In this document: positions 1-9,468 of the stretch, piece by piece
Layout: the number at the start of each line of letters is the position of its first letter
How positions within the stretch are numbered: position 1 is the stretch's first letter
NCBI GenBank assembly: GCA_016927185.1
Contig: JAFGND010000060.1
Location: forward strand, 1-36,034
Origin: Candidatus Coatesbacteria bacterium
GTDB taxonomy: Bacteria; JAFGND01
Reading direction: 5' to 3'
Length of the DNA: 36,034 nt
Notes under the pieces: generated by a model
What the model saw: the letters and a program-made list of their open reading frames with translations, nothing else
What the model was told of the DNA's origin: nothing
The model's database searches: none
Program-made: the position numbers and the translations under genes

Positions 1-145
1 AGAATAAAAAATCCTTGACAATCTATTTCTTTTTTTTTTTTGACCATATGGAAAAAATGAGAAGTTATGTATTATTAAATTTCAAAAAAGTGTTAGAAAT
101 GCTGAATACATAAGGATTTATGAAGATTAATTAAGGAGGTCCAAA

Positions 146-1192
146 ATGAAAAGCATTACAATTTTAATATTGCTGGGATTAATATCTTCTCTATTCTCAG
201 CACCTGGGGATTTTCTGGGAACTGTTCATGAGTTTGATAAAAATCAATATATGAGAGGTTTAGGACTAAGTTTAGAAGATTCTGTAGCTTTTGTAAATGA
301 TAGAAGCGAAAGATATATTTATGTTTATGACTGCTTTTACTGGCAGGGTGAAAAAAGTTATCTCTTTGGTCAAGATGGTACAATAAGATCTCTGGATGTA
401 TATATTCCATTAAAGGATTTAGCTCTTAGTGGAGGAGATACTGAGAAAATATACATTTGTGACTATTCATCAGAAAATCTGAATATCAAGAAAGCATTTA
501 CACCTCCTCTTCATCCTGCTAATATAGCATATATACAAACACTTGCAGAAGATTCAGTTTATCTAAGAGTAGGAGAATACAGAGGGAAAACAATAATGAG
601 ATTTTCCTTACCCAATTATGATTTCAAGGACAGTCAGGTGAGTGATATAATCAATAATTATGAATACTCATCTTTCTGTGGTCTTACTTATGATATTAAA
701 ACGAATTATTTGATTGCAGTTGTTTATCAGCATGATGGATCTAATTTCAAGGGATTGGATTTGTTTGCACTTGATCCAGTAACATTAGCAAGGATTCATC
801 ATGTTCCATTAATGTGGGCAGGCAGTTACATTTATGATTTAAGGTATGTACCTGACTATCCAGTTTATGGAAGGTGCTACCTTGCTACTTATTATGATGT
901 AACTAAAAGTTGTAGCACGATAATAGCAATAGAAGCATTTGAAGGAGAAGGTTTCAAAGAGAACAACTCCTCTTCCTCCCTTCCCTCTCCCTCCTTCTCC
1001 ATCTCCCCCAACCCATTCTCAAACCGCTTGTCACTCTCCCTGCCTTTATCAGGAGCAATCTATTCCCTGACTGGTCAGCTGATTATGAAATTAGATAAAG
1101 GCAAGCACTCTATTGACACAAGCAAATGGAAACAGGGAGTTTATATTGTTAAGTCAGGGAAAGAAACTAAGAGGATAGTGAAAATAAACTGA
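146..1192 (+). CDS. Secreted protein with T9SS type A-like C-terminal sorting domain; passenger of unknown function
   Basis: SD AAGGAGG at 133-139; signal peptide MKSITILILLGLISSLFS; Ser/Pro linker then CTD motifs SPNPF...IYSLTGQLI...GVYIVK...KRIVKIN. Confidence 0.8.
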   Translation: MKSITILILLGLISSLFSAPGDFLGTVHEFDKNQYMRGLGLSLEDSVAFVNDRSERYIYVYDCFYWQGEKSYLFGQDGTIRSLDVYIPLKDLALSGGDTEKIYICDYSSENLNIKKAFTPPLHPANIAYIQTLAEDSVYLRVGEYRGKTIMRFSLPNYDFKDSQVSDIINNYEYSSFCGLTYDIKTNYLIAVVYQHDGSNFKGLDLFALDPVTLARIHHVPLMWAGSYIYDLRYVPDYPVYGRCYLATYYDVTKSCSTIIAIEAFEGEGFKENNSSSSLPSPSFSISPNPFSNRLSLSLPLSGAIYSLTGQLIMKLDKGKHSIDTSKWKQGVYIVKSGKETKRIVKIN

Positions 1193-1215
1193 AGATTAAC
1201 TGAATTAAAATATTC

Positions 1216-1249
1216 AAAGCAGAAGTTTTCCAAAGAAGCTTCTGCTTTT
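1216..1249. terminator. Bidirectional intrinsic terminator between convergent genes
   Basis: Inverted repeat AAAGCAGAAG (1216-1225) / CTTCTGCTTT (1239-1248), extendable by G-U pairs, with A and T ends, between stops at 1192 and 1261. Confidence 0.8.
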
Positions 1250-1260
1250 CAAATGAACTA

Positions 1261-4200
1261 TTATTTCTCGGTCTTGCAGACTATTTCCCGATGTGTAAGT
1301 TGATAATATGCTGGAATAAGATATAATGTCATTATAGTGCTTATTATCAAACCACCAATACTTACTATTGCCATTGACATTCTGAATTCACCAGCAGCAC
1401 CATAGCCCAGCGCAAGAGGTAACATGCTCACTACTGTTGCTGCATTAGACATGATTATAGGGCGCAATCTTACAGGGCATGCTTTTATTAATGCTGTATA
1501 AGCAGTCTTGCATTCTCCTTCACGCAACAACTGATTTGTGTAATCCAGTAGCAGTATGGCATTATTTACGACAATTCCAAGAAGCATTATCATAGCCATT
1601 ATTGACAGGATGTTTATTGTCTGTCCGGTCAGGAACAATGCAAGGAAGATGCCAATGAGTGCAAACAGGAATGTAAACATTATTATTAATGGCTGGATGA
1701 AGGATTCAAGAATTGCAGCAAGTGTCATATAAGTAAGGATAATGGCAAGGAAAAGTGAGACATACAAATCACCAAAAGATTCCTTCATTATTTCACCCAT
1801 ACCCCCGAATTTTATCTTGTAACCTGCAGGAAGATTTAACTTGGGGAACTCCATTCCAATCTCATTCATTGCGTCTCCCATGGATATACCTGTAAGGTTG
1901 GCAGAGACTTTAATAAGTTTCTGTCTGTCTTTTCTTGTTATCTGGCTGGGACCTTCGGAAATGCTGATATTTGCAACTTCAGATAATGAAATGCTTCCAT
2001 CCTCTACAGGAATTCTCAGTTTAGAGACCTCTTCAACTGATTTCCTGTCCGCAAAAGTCAGCCTTACAACTATGTCATATTCCTTTTCGCCCATGCGGTA
2101 TTTGGCTATAGTATAACCATTTATATATGTTCTCACTAACTGTGCAACCTGTGCAGTACTCAATCCATAATAAGCACATCTTTTTCTGTCGGGAACTATA
2201 AGTATTTCAGGTTTGCCTGTTCTCCAGTTAGTGTCTATATCAACTATTCCCGGGATTTTCTTGGCAAGTTTTATAAGCTCGTATGCAAAGTTATTTAGCT
2301 TGTTGATATCATCTCCTGTTAGCTCAATCTCCAGATCCTTGTCATGACCTCCTCCACCCATGGATTGAGTCTTTAAAAGATAGATCTTTACTCCAGGAAT
2401 TACTGCCAGTTCTTCACGCAGCTTGTCCATTATCTTAAATGTTGATAGATTATTCCTTTCTTTCAAAGGTTTTAGCTTCACATTAATATTGGCAAGATTT
2501 GTTGCTTCATCCTGCTGCATCTCTCCAACAACACTATAGGCACTTTCCACTTCAGGTTTCTTGAGCAGGATGTTTTCTACTTTAGTTGTAATTGCTGAAG
2601 TTTCATCAATATTAGCTCCCAAAGGAAGCTCCATATTTACATTGAAATATCCTTCATCTGTTGAAGGTACGAATTCAGAACCAATGTGTTTCAAGAGAAA
2701 GAAGGAAAGCAGTAATGCAACAAAACCGGATGATATTGAAATAGCCTTGTGATGAAGAACCCAGCTCAAAGATGACGCATAGGATCTCTCTAATCTGCTG
2801 TAAAACTTATCAAATCCATCGAAGAATTTTTTCAATGGGCTTTCAAATGCTTTTTTCTTCTTGTATACTATTGAAGCAAGCATTGGAACCAATGTAAATG
2901 AAATGATCAGTGAAACAAAGGTTGCAAATACAACTGTCAAGCCGAATTGCCTGAATATCTGTCCAATTATTCCTGACATAAGTCCAATAGGGAAGAAAAC
3001 AACAACATTAGTCAGGGTTGAGGCAATGACTGCTACAGCTATCTCGGCTGTTCCCTTGTCAGCAGCATTTTCTGAAGATTCCCCGCTATCGAAATGAATC
3101 TGGATAACTTCAAGAACTACAATCGAGTTTGTAACCAGAACTCCTATGTTTATAGCTAATGCCATCAAGGTCATCATGTTTATGGAGAAGTTTGCAAAAT
3201 AAAGCAAAGTGAAAGTTGAGATAACAGAAATAGGCATGCTTATTGCTGCTATCAGTGTTCCTCTCCATGAGTGAAGGAATATGTACAGTAGAATAGCAGT
3301 AAGAATTATCCCTGTGAGCAGGTTAGAAATAACTTCATCAATAGCATCGCTTATGAATTTGCTGTAATCACGGATTATATCTACTGATGTTCCCTGGGGG
3401 ATCTCCTTTTTCATTTCTTCAATAACCTTCTTGGTATCATTTCCAACCTGGACTGAATTGCCATCACTTCTCTTTTCAACTGACAATCCGATTATATTCT
3501 TTCCCTGATACTTAGCTTGCTTTCTGATTTCTTCAAGCGTGTCTTCCACTTTTGCTATCTGATAAAGTGATAGTATTCCATTCTGTGTTGATAACTTGAG
3601 TTCCCTTATCTCATCAACTGATTTAAATTCACCATCAACTCTTATTGTATACTCATTTTTCTCTTCAGTTATATATCCTCCTGGGATTTTAAGGGATTGT
3701 GAACCTACCAAAGCTGCAATCTGCATAATTGAAAGATCATAGTAATCAAGAGTCTTCTTGTCCACAAGGATCTCTATTCTCTTTACTCTTGTTCCAAAAG
3801 AAGATACCTGACCAACGCCCTGTATCTGGGTTAACCTGTTGGCAATCTTGTCTTCAGCGAATACCCTTGCTTCATTAGCTTCCATGTTTGTGGCAACAAC
3901 AAGTTCTACAACCTTGCCAGCTCCGAACTGGATTTTCATTACAGCAGGAGCTTTTGCATCCTCTGGGAGAGTTGATTTCAATGGATCAACCTTGTCCTTG
4001 ACATCAAGTGCTGCCTGATCCACATCTATGCCAACTTCAAATCTTATTATTACAACAGAATAGCTGTCACCTGATATTGACTCGACATATTTCACACCTG
4101 CAATACTGCTGACGGCATCCTCAATCGGTTTCGTAACTGAGGTTTCAATATCCTGTGGTCCAGCTCCAGGATAAATTGTCTGAATCGTAACGACAGGGAA

Positions 4201-4323
4201 ATCTACTGGAGGCATCAAGTCAATGGGGAGCTTGATATATGTAAAAATTCCAAATACTACCAGTGACATTATTACCATGGTAGCAAGGACAGGTCTTCTT
4301 ATCGAAATTTTTGACAAAATCAT
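1261..4323 (-). CDS. RND efflux permease (AcrB/AcrD/AcrF, HAE1-like)
   Basis: 1020 aa; SIRRPV start, LPIDLMP, YPGAGP..IE..VTKPIE, two large periplasmic loops, RLRPIIM; adjacent MFP and TolC genes. Confidence 0.95.
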   Translation of the reverse strand: MILSKISIRRPVLATMVIMSLVVFGIFTYIKLPIDLMPPVDFPVVTIQTIYPGAGPQDIETSVTKPIEDAVSSIAGVKYVESISGDSYSVVIIRFEVGIDVDQAALDVKDKVDPLKSTLPEDAKAPAVMKIQFGAGKVVELVVATNMEANEARVFAEDKIANRLTQIQGVGQVSSFGTRVKRIEILVDKKTLDYYDLSIMQIAALVGSQSLKIPGGYITEEKNEYTIRVDGEFKSVDEIRELKLSTQNGILSLYQIAKVEDTLEEIRKQAKYQGKNIIGLSVEKRSDGNSVQVGNDTKKVIEEMKKEIPQGTSVDIIRDYSKFISDAIDEVISNLLTGIILTAILLYIFLHSWRGTLIAAISMPISVISTFTLLYFANFSINMMTLMALAINIGVLVTNSIVVLEVIQIHFDSGESSENAADKGTAEIAVAVIASTLTNVVVFFPIGLMSGIIGQIFRQFGLTVVFATFVSLIISFTLVPMLASIVYKKKKAFESPLKKFFDGFDKFYSRLERSYASSLSWVLHHKAISISSGFVALLLSFFLLKHIGSEFVPSTDEGYFNVNMELPLGANIDETSAITTKVENILLKKPEVESAYSVVGEMQQDEATNLANINVKLKPLKERNNLSTFKIMDKLREELAVIPGVKIYLLKTQSMGGGGHDKDLEIELTGDDINKLNNFAYELIKLAKKIPGIVDIDTNWRTGKPEILIVPDRKRCAYYGLSTAQVAQLVRTYINGYTIAKYRMGEKEYDIVVRLTFADRKSVEEVSKLRIPVEDGSISLSEVANISISEGPSQITRKDRQKLIKVSANLTGISMGDAMNEIGMEFPKLNLPAGYKIKFGGMGEIMKESFGDLYVSLFLAIILTYMTLAAILESFIQPLIIMFTFLFALIGIFLALFLTGQTINILSIMAMIMLLGIVVNNAILLLDYTNQLLREGECKTAYTALIKACPVRLRPIIMSNAATVVSMLPLALGYGAAGEFRMSMAIVSIGGLIISTIMTLYLIPAYYQLTHREIVCKTEK

Positions 4324-4325
4324 AT

Positions 4326-5384
4326 TTATTTACCCTTTTCTGAAGGCTGTTCAACTACTTTTACTTTAGCTCCATCATATAGTGTGTGCTGTCCTTTTGC
4401 TATAATAGTGGCATCAGGGGAAAGATTGAGAATTTGCTGGTTCTTTTCATCTGAAATTCCTAACTCAGCTTTTAGAGCTTTTACCTTTCCATTCTCCAGT
4501 ATATATATAATATAGTTTCCTCTGTCTTTCAGTATGATATCTTTGGGTACAACAACAGCATTTTTCTCCTCATTTACAACTATCTTGACTTTTGCCATGT
4601 ATCCCAGCCTCAGTTCGTCATTAGTATTTGCTGCTTTTATATATATCTTGTATTGTTTGTCCTTGGAATCAACCGATTGGTTAATCTGGTATATCTCTCC
4701 CATGAATTTTTTCCCTGGAAGAGCATTGGTAGTAATTTCTGCAGACTGGGATATTTTCAACTTTGCTGCTTCCATTTCTCCCACCTTGATCTCTACTCTT
4801 ATAGAGTCTGTTCTTCCTATAACCGCTGCAATATTCATAGGGCTTGCCAGATCTCCCTGATTAAGGAAAAGGCTTATAACCTTGCCATTTATGGGGCTTT
4901 CAATTCGCATCATTTTAGAAGCATTTGCTGTCTGAGCGGAAGCATTTTCCAGTGCATATTTTGCCTGATCCAGCTGCATGTCAGTAGCTGCTCCATCCCT
5001 GTGCAGTCTCATTATTCTCATGAAATTGACTGCTGCATACCTGTGTCCTGCTTGTGCAACATTAAGCATTGTTTGAGGATTATATCTCAAACTGTAAAGA
5101 GTCTGTCCCGCTCTTACATTCTGACCAACCTTAACATGCACCTTGCTTACCTTTTCGGCAAGAAAACCGTATATATCAGCATGAAGCAGTCCCTTTACAG
5201 GGCCTAAGTATTCATGTTCCTCTTTTATGGAAATAGTCTTTGCTTTAACAACCTCTACCGGATATCCCTGTTCTTCCTGTATTGCTGGAATGCTCTTGGG
5301 GACGTATTTTGCTCCCAGGGTACTTGCTTTCCAGACTACCAATACGACTAGAATTATCAGGAATAGTATCAGTATCTTTTTCAT
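4326..5384 (-). CDS. RND periplasmic adaptor (membrane fusion protein)
   Basis: N-terminal TM anchor; lipoyl-like halves VKVGQNVRAGQTL and IESPINGKV; helical hairpin; position between TolC and RND genes. Confidence 0.93.
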   Translation of the reverse strand: MKKILILFLIILVVLVVWKASTLGAKYVPKSIPAIQEEQGYPVEVVKAKTISIKEEHEYLGPVKGLLHADIYGFLAEKVSKVHVKVGQNVRAGQTLYSLRYNPQTMLNVAQAGHRYAAVNFMRIMRLHRDGAATDMQLDQAKYALENASAQTANASKMMRIESPINGKVISLFLNQGDLASPMNIAAVIGRTDSIRVEIKVGEMEAAKLKISQSAEITTNALPGKKFMGEIYQINQSVDSKDKQYKIYIKAANTNDELRLGYMAKVKIVVNEEKNAVVVPKDIILKDRGNYIIYILENGKVKALKAELGISDEKNQQILNLSPDATIIAKGQHTLYDGAKVKVVEQPSEKGK

Positions 5385-5396
5385 CTCATTTCCTTC

Positions 5397-6740
5397 CTAT
5401 ATTTTTTTACCCATTGCATAATTCAATCTTAGCCATGCTATAGTATAATCATATAATCCTTGCAGATAAAGAGTTTTTGATTTCTCAAGAGCAAGCTCGC
5501 TATCAAAGTATTCTACCTGAGTAGATGCACCTGTTTTGTATCTGCTGGTTGCAATCTCTACACCCATTTCTGCTTCCTGTATTGTAGAAAAAAGACCTTT
5601 CAAGTTTTCTGCAGCAACAAGCAAAGCGTTATGATAACTTCTGACCTGCAGTTCAATTCCATCAATCAGCTGCTTCTTGCCAAGTTCTGCCTGATCCAGG
5701 TCATATCTTGCTTTCTTTGTTTCAGCGACTACTTTGAAACCTGAAAAAATGGGAATGCTCATTACAAGGGAAACATTCCAGTCATTTGTCCATGTATCTT
5801 TCTTGAAATTGAAGTCATATGCAGAATAATTGAAGTTTCCTACTGCAAAAAGCGATGGATAATGCCCTGCTTTTTGTATAGAAACAGCTCCTTCAAGTAT
5901 CTTGATCTGCTTGTCAAGCTGTTTAATCTCAGCTCTGTCCTTTTTTGCAGTATTTATGCATTCCTCTAAAGAAGGTACAGGATTGTCTTTGGGATTGTGC
6001 GGAAAATCCCCCTTGAGCTTCAATGGCTGGTCTGCAGGAAGTCTCAGCAATACAAGTAATGCCCTTTTTGCAAGATCTGCACCTGATCTTATGTTTTGAA
6101 CCTGGGGCTTGAGATTATTAACCTGAACCCTTGCTCTTAGTAAATCATATGAAGTTATAGCTCCTCCAGTTCTCAAAGATTGTACTTGTTCAAGATGCTG
6201 CAGTGCATTATCATAGCTTGATTCCATGAGGGCAGTCATTTTCTCTGCAAGTAATGCCTGATAAAATACTTCCTTGATTTTAAGCCTGATTTTAAGTTCT
6301 TCGCTTATTATTTGATCATCAACAATACTGGTATATATTTTTGATAACTTTATGGCAGTCCAGTCGCGTCCCCCAAGAAACAATGGTTGGGTTGCCGTAA
6401 GAGTTGCCTTGTAATTGTTCTCATCTCCCATTGGAATGTGAACATCAACAGGAGGAAGCAGACCTGTTGGAGTCTGTCCGAATGCTCCTGCCGGAAGATC
6501 AAAACTCGGAGCTTCATTAAGTCTGGTATAACTCAACTGTCCTGAGATAACTGGAAAAACTGTTGATTTCGCTAAATCAATATCTACCTTAGATTGCTTT
6601 AATTTCGTTCTCAATGTCTCTAATTCAAGGCTGTTTTTTATACCTATTTCAACGGCTTCGTCAACAGAAAGCTCTATCGATAGTAAAGTTGAAACAGTTG
6701 ATAAAACAATCAGCGCTATAATCAGCTTATTGCAAAACAA
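5397..6740 (-). CDS. TolC-family outer membrane efflux protein
   Basis: TTG start with upstream GGAGG; signal peptide; two OEP repeats (TQPLFLGG; SIPIFSGF...RYKTGAST). Confidence 0.92.
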   Translation of the reverse strand: MFCNKLIIALIVLSTVSTLLSIELSVDEAVEIGIKNSLELETLRTKLKQSKVDIDLAKSTVFPVISGQLSYTRLNEAPSFDLPAGAFGQTPTGLLPPVDVHIPMGDENNYKATLTATQPLFLGGRDWTAIKLSKIYTSIVDDQIISEELKIRLKIKEVFYQALLAEKMTALMESSYDNALQHLEQVQSLRTGGAITSYDLLRARVQVNNLKPQVQNIRSGADLAKRALLVLLRLPADQPLKLKGDFPHNPKDNPVPSLEECINTAKKDRAEIKQLDKQIKILEGAVSIQKAGHYPSLFAVGNFNYSAYDFNFKKDTWTNDWNVSLVMSIPIFSGFKVVAETKKARYDLDQAELGKKQLIDGIELQVRSYHNALLVAAENLKGLFSTIQEAEMGVEIATSRYKTGASTQVEYFDSELALEKSKTLYLQGLYDYTIAWLRLNYAMGKKI

Positions 6741-6756
6741 CTAAAACCTCCTTGGA

Positions 6757-7410
6757 TTAAGTAAAAAGCAGTAAATTCGGATTATTGTAAAGTCCGTCTA
6801 TGAAACATTTTATTGCCTGGAAAAATATGGATTCGAATTTCTGTGTTGGCACTACCCATAAAACTTCAGCAAACATCAATCCTCTTATAACAAGACTGAA
6901 GGCTTCGCTTACAAGATACGAATCTGTCTCTCTGAAAGTCCCATCCTCTATGCCTTTCTTTATTATAGAATTCAAATGCTCAGGCATTAGAAGGTTGAAT
7001 TTCCTGTTGATTCTCTGTATGATGCCATTAGATATCCCCTGATGCATGACATAAATATGGGCTTCCTGAAGGATCCTCTTTGATTCAGGTTTCAGGGATG
7101 TTACGTAATCAAGGCAAGCTCCTGCAAACTGTGAAAGCCTTTCATCAGCTCTCATATTGGTAGTAGATTCAATATGCTCAAGCAGATAGGTATTGAAATC
7201 AACAAGTGCTCTTTCAAGTATGCTAAGGAACAACTGCTCCTTGTTTTTGAAATAGAGATATATTGTTCCCTTGGAAAGTTCGCAACTATCTGCTATATCT
7301 TCCAGAGTGGTTTTTTGATATCCATTCTGGATAAAGAGTTTTTCTGCGGCAGACAGTATATCCTGTTTCCTTGCCATTTTTTCTTTCACTTTTCTCTCTT
7401 TTACTCCCAT
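6757..7410 (-). CDS. TetR/AcrR-family transcriptional regulator (start probably ATG 7410, not 7452)
   Basis: HTH ILSAAEKLF..NGYQKTTLEDIA...LSKGTIYLYFKNKEQL; MGVKERK start with AGGGA upstream; the longer ORF start falls inside the promoter region. Confidence 0.9.
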   Translation of the reverse strand: MGVKERKVKEKMARKQDILSAAEKLFIQNGYQKTTLEDIADSCELSKGTIYLYFKNKEQLFLSILERALVDFNTYLLEHIESTTNMRADERLSQFAGACLDYVTSLKPESKRILQEAHIYVMHQGISNGIIQRINRKFNLLMPEHLNSIIKKGIEDGTFRETDSYLVSEAFSLVIRGLMFAEVLWVVPTQKFESIFFQAIKCFIDGLYNNPNLLLFT

Positions 7411-7454
7411 GAGATATCCCTGCCTTTTGTGGATAACTTTACTTTGGTTCATTC

Positions 7455-7481
7455 ACTGAATAATAGTCAGTTTTCTGTCAA
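7455..7481 (-). promoter_or_regulatory. Putative promoter -35 (TTGACA) and TetR operator palindrome for the efflux operon
   Basis: TGTCAA at 7476-7481 (TTGACA on minus); ACTGA-N7-TCAGT at 7455-7471 in the spacer; -10 not obvious. Confidence 0.55.
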
Positions 7482-7608
7482 GAGCAATCGAAAACCTTAT
7501 GAAAACTAACTTTGAAGGAAATAATAAGTCTTTGGAATAGATTAGGTTATGAACAAGTAAGTCAAAAAACCTTGCAAATTAACATGCTTATACTGATCAT
7601 GGTGAGTA

Positions 7609-8193
7609 ATGAAAGTGTTAATACCTCTTCTGCTCGTTTTTTCAGCTAATCTTGTTTTTTCATATAATACATATGAAGTCTATATTACTTTGAATGAGCA
7701 GAGATTATATCTTCTTGATGATGGAGAAGTAATATACAAAGCCAATATTTCTAGCGGAACAGACGGTTATCCTACACCACCTGGCAGGTATCATCTTGAG
7801 GGAAAGGAGAAAAGTCATTTCTCTTCGAAATTCGAAGTAATGATGCTTTACTGGATGCCTTTTAGTGGTGGTTATGGTATGCATGCCCTTGAGGGGAGAT
7901 CATATTTAAAAAGACTTGGAAGCCCCGCAAGTCATGGATGTGTACGCTTATCTCATGCTGATGCAGCTTTCTTATATAGCAAGCTTCCCATAGGAACACC
8001 AATAATTGTTTCCAATATTTTCAATCCACCACCTCCTGAAAATATAATTGTCTATTTTGGAAGATCGTGGGATATACCAAAGAATCAACTTTTCATTCAA
8101 AATCAGATCCTGTTTGCATTTCAGAAACCATTTTCCCATATAGACGAATTCTGGTATGATTTCTGGGGATGGAATTATGGTCAGGGGAGCTAG
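7609..8193 (+). CDS. L,D-transpeptidase (YkuD family)
   Basis: Signal peptide; ISSG...PTPPG; GYGMH...ASHGCVRL catalytic His/Cys motif. Confidence 0.92.
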   Translation: MKVLIPLLLVFSANLVFSYNTYEVYITLNEQRLYLLDDGEVIYKANISSGTDGYPTPPGRYHLEGKEKSHFSSKFEVMMLYWMPFSGGYGMHALEGRSYLKRLGSPASHGCVRLSHADAAFLYSKLPIGTPIIVSNIFNPPPPENIIVYFGRSWDIPKNQLFIQNQILFAFQKPFSHIDEFWYDFWGWNYGQGS

Positions 8194-8197
8194 ATTA

Positions 8198-8968
8198 TTA
8201 CTTCCTCTTCAAACCTGTATTCAACAAATATTCAATATTGGGTCTTTGCAGTGCTTTCAGCATGTTTCTTTTTGCAGAAGGGGAAATCTCGAATAACTCC
8301 CTTGCAGCATTCTTGATTTTTATCCTTTTTGAAATTACGGATTCAGGGCAATTATTCGTAAAAAAGGGATATTCCTTCTCAGAAGAATATTTCATGATAA
8401 GCTTCTTGTCAAGGTATAACATCGGTCTTATGATAGTCATATAACCTTTGAAAAAATCTTGTTTTGGTTTCATTGTAGCAAGTTCACCGCAATATATCAT
8501 GTTCATGAGAAAAGTATCCAGGAAATCATCCCTGTTGTGTCCCAGTGCAACTTTAAAACAACCAATTGAAACGGCATATTCGAAAATGACCTTTTTCCTT
8601 AATCTTGCACATTTGTAGCATGGATTTTGTCTAGTATCTTTATCATATATTTTGGTTGAGATATCCGTTTTTATTATTTTTAAATCCAGTCCAAGTTTAC
8701 ATATATACGAAGCAAGTTCTTCAATAGAATTATTGCCAAACCCAAGATCAATATATACTGGAAAGAGGTTGATAAAGAATCCGAAACTTGCCTCTGGATA
8801 AATGTGAAGAAGATTAAGGAGAGCGAGACTGTCTATACCACCTGATATACCGACTACAATTTTATCATTCTCCTCAAGCATATCATAATCCCAGATTGCC
8901 CTGTCCATGTTCTTGAGAAGTACGGTTTCAGTCTTGCTTCTTCTTGGATAGAGAATATCATCTGGCAT
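8198..8968 (-). CDS. ttcA: tRNA 2-thiocytidine biosynthesis protein TtcA-like (PP-loop ATPase)
   Basis: SGGIDS PP-loop; PCYKCARLRK; LGHNRDD; IIRPM; NNCP. Confidence 0.85.
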   Translation of the reverse strand: MPDDILYPRRSKTETVLLKNMDRAIWDYDMLEENDKIVVGISGGIDSLALLNLLHIYPEASFGFFINLFPVYIDLGFGNNSIEELASYICKLGLDLKIIKTDISTKIYDKDTRQNPCYKCARLRKKVIFEYAVSIGCFKVALGHNRDDFLDTFLMNMIYCGELATMKPKQDFFKGYMTIIRPMLYLDKKLIMKYSSEKEYPFFTNNCPESVISKRIKIKNAARELFEISPSAKRNMLKALQRPNIEYLLNTGLKRK

Positions 8969-9467
8969 TTTTTTCAGGTATTATATTCATCAGTTCATTT
9001 TGAATTAATAAATATGTCTCTTCAAGGGACTGGGGGATTATCCTGCAATTGCTTACTGAATGCATGAAATTACTATCTCCAAACCATCTCGGAACTATAT
9101 GCCAGTGTACATGCTCTTCCACTCCTGCACCAGCTGCTTTCCCGATATTCAAACCTATATTGAAACCATCAGGTTTCATTGCCCTGAGAAGCGCTGCTTG
9201 CGACAGTTTTATAAGACTAATCAGGCTGAGATTTTCATCATCACTAAGCAAGGCAATATCAGAAATATGCTTCAACGGAGCAATCATCAAGTGTCCATTT
9301 GAGTAAGGATATATATTCATGATAATCAATCCCTTTTCATTTCTGTAGAGGATAAAATCCTCCCTGTCATTGTTTCTGGCTATTCTGTTGCAGAAAATAC
9401 AACCTTCTTCCTTGCAAGTATCCATTATATATTCACTCCTCCAGGGTGCCCAAATCCTGTCAAACAT
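8958..9467 (-). CDS. HIT-family protein (Ap4A phosphorylase/hydrolase-like)
   Basis: WAPWR..YI, CIFC, NIYPYSNGHLM, GFNIGLN.G.AAGAG, HVHWHIVPRW histidine triad. Confidence 0.9.
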   Translation of the reverse strand: MFDRIWAPWRSEYIMDTCKEEGCIFCNRIARNNDREDFILYRNEKGLIIMNIYPYSNGHLMIAPLKHISDIALLSDDENLSLISLIKLSQAALLRAMKPDGFNIGLNIGKAAGAGVEEHVHWHIVPRWFGDSNFMHSVSNCRIIPQSLEETYLLIQNELMNIIPEKNAR

Positions 9468-9468
9468 G

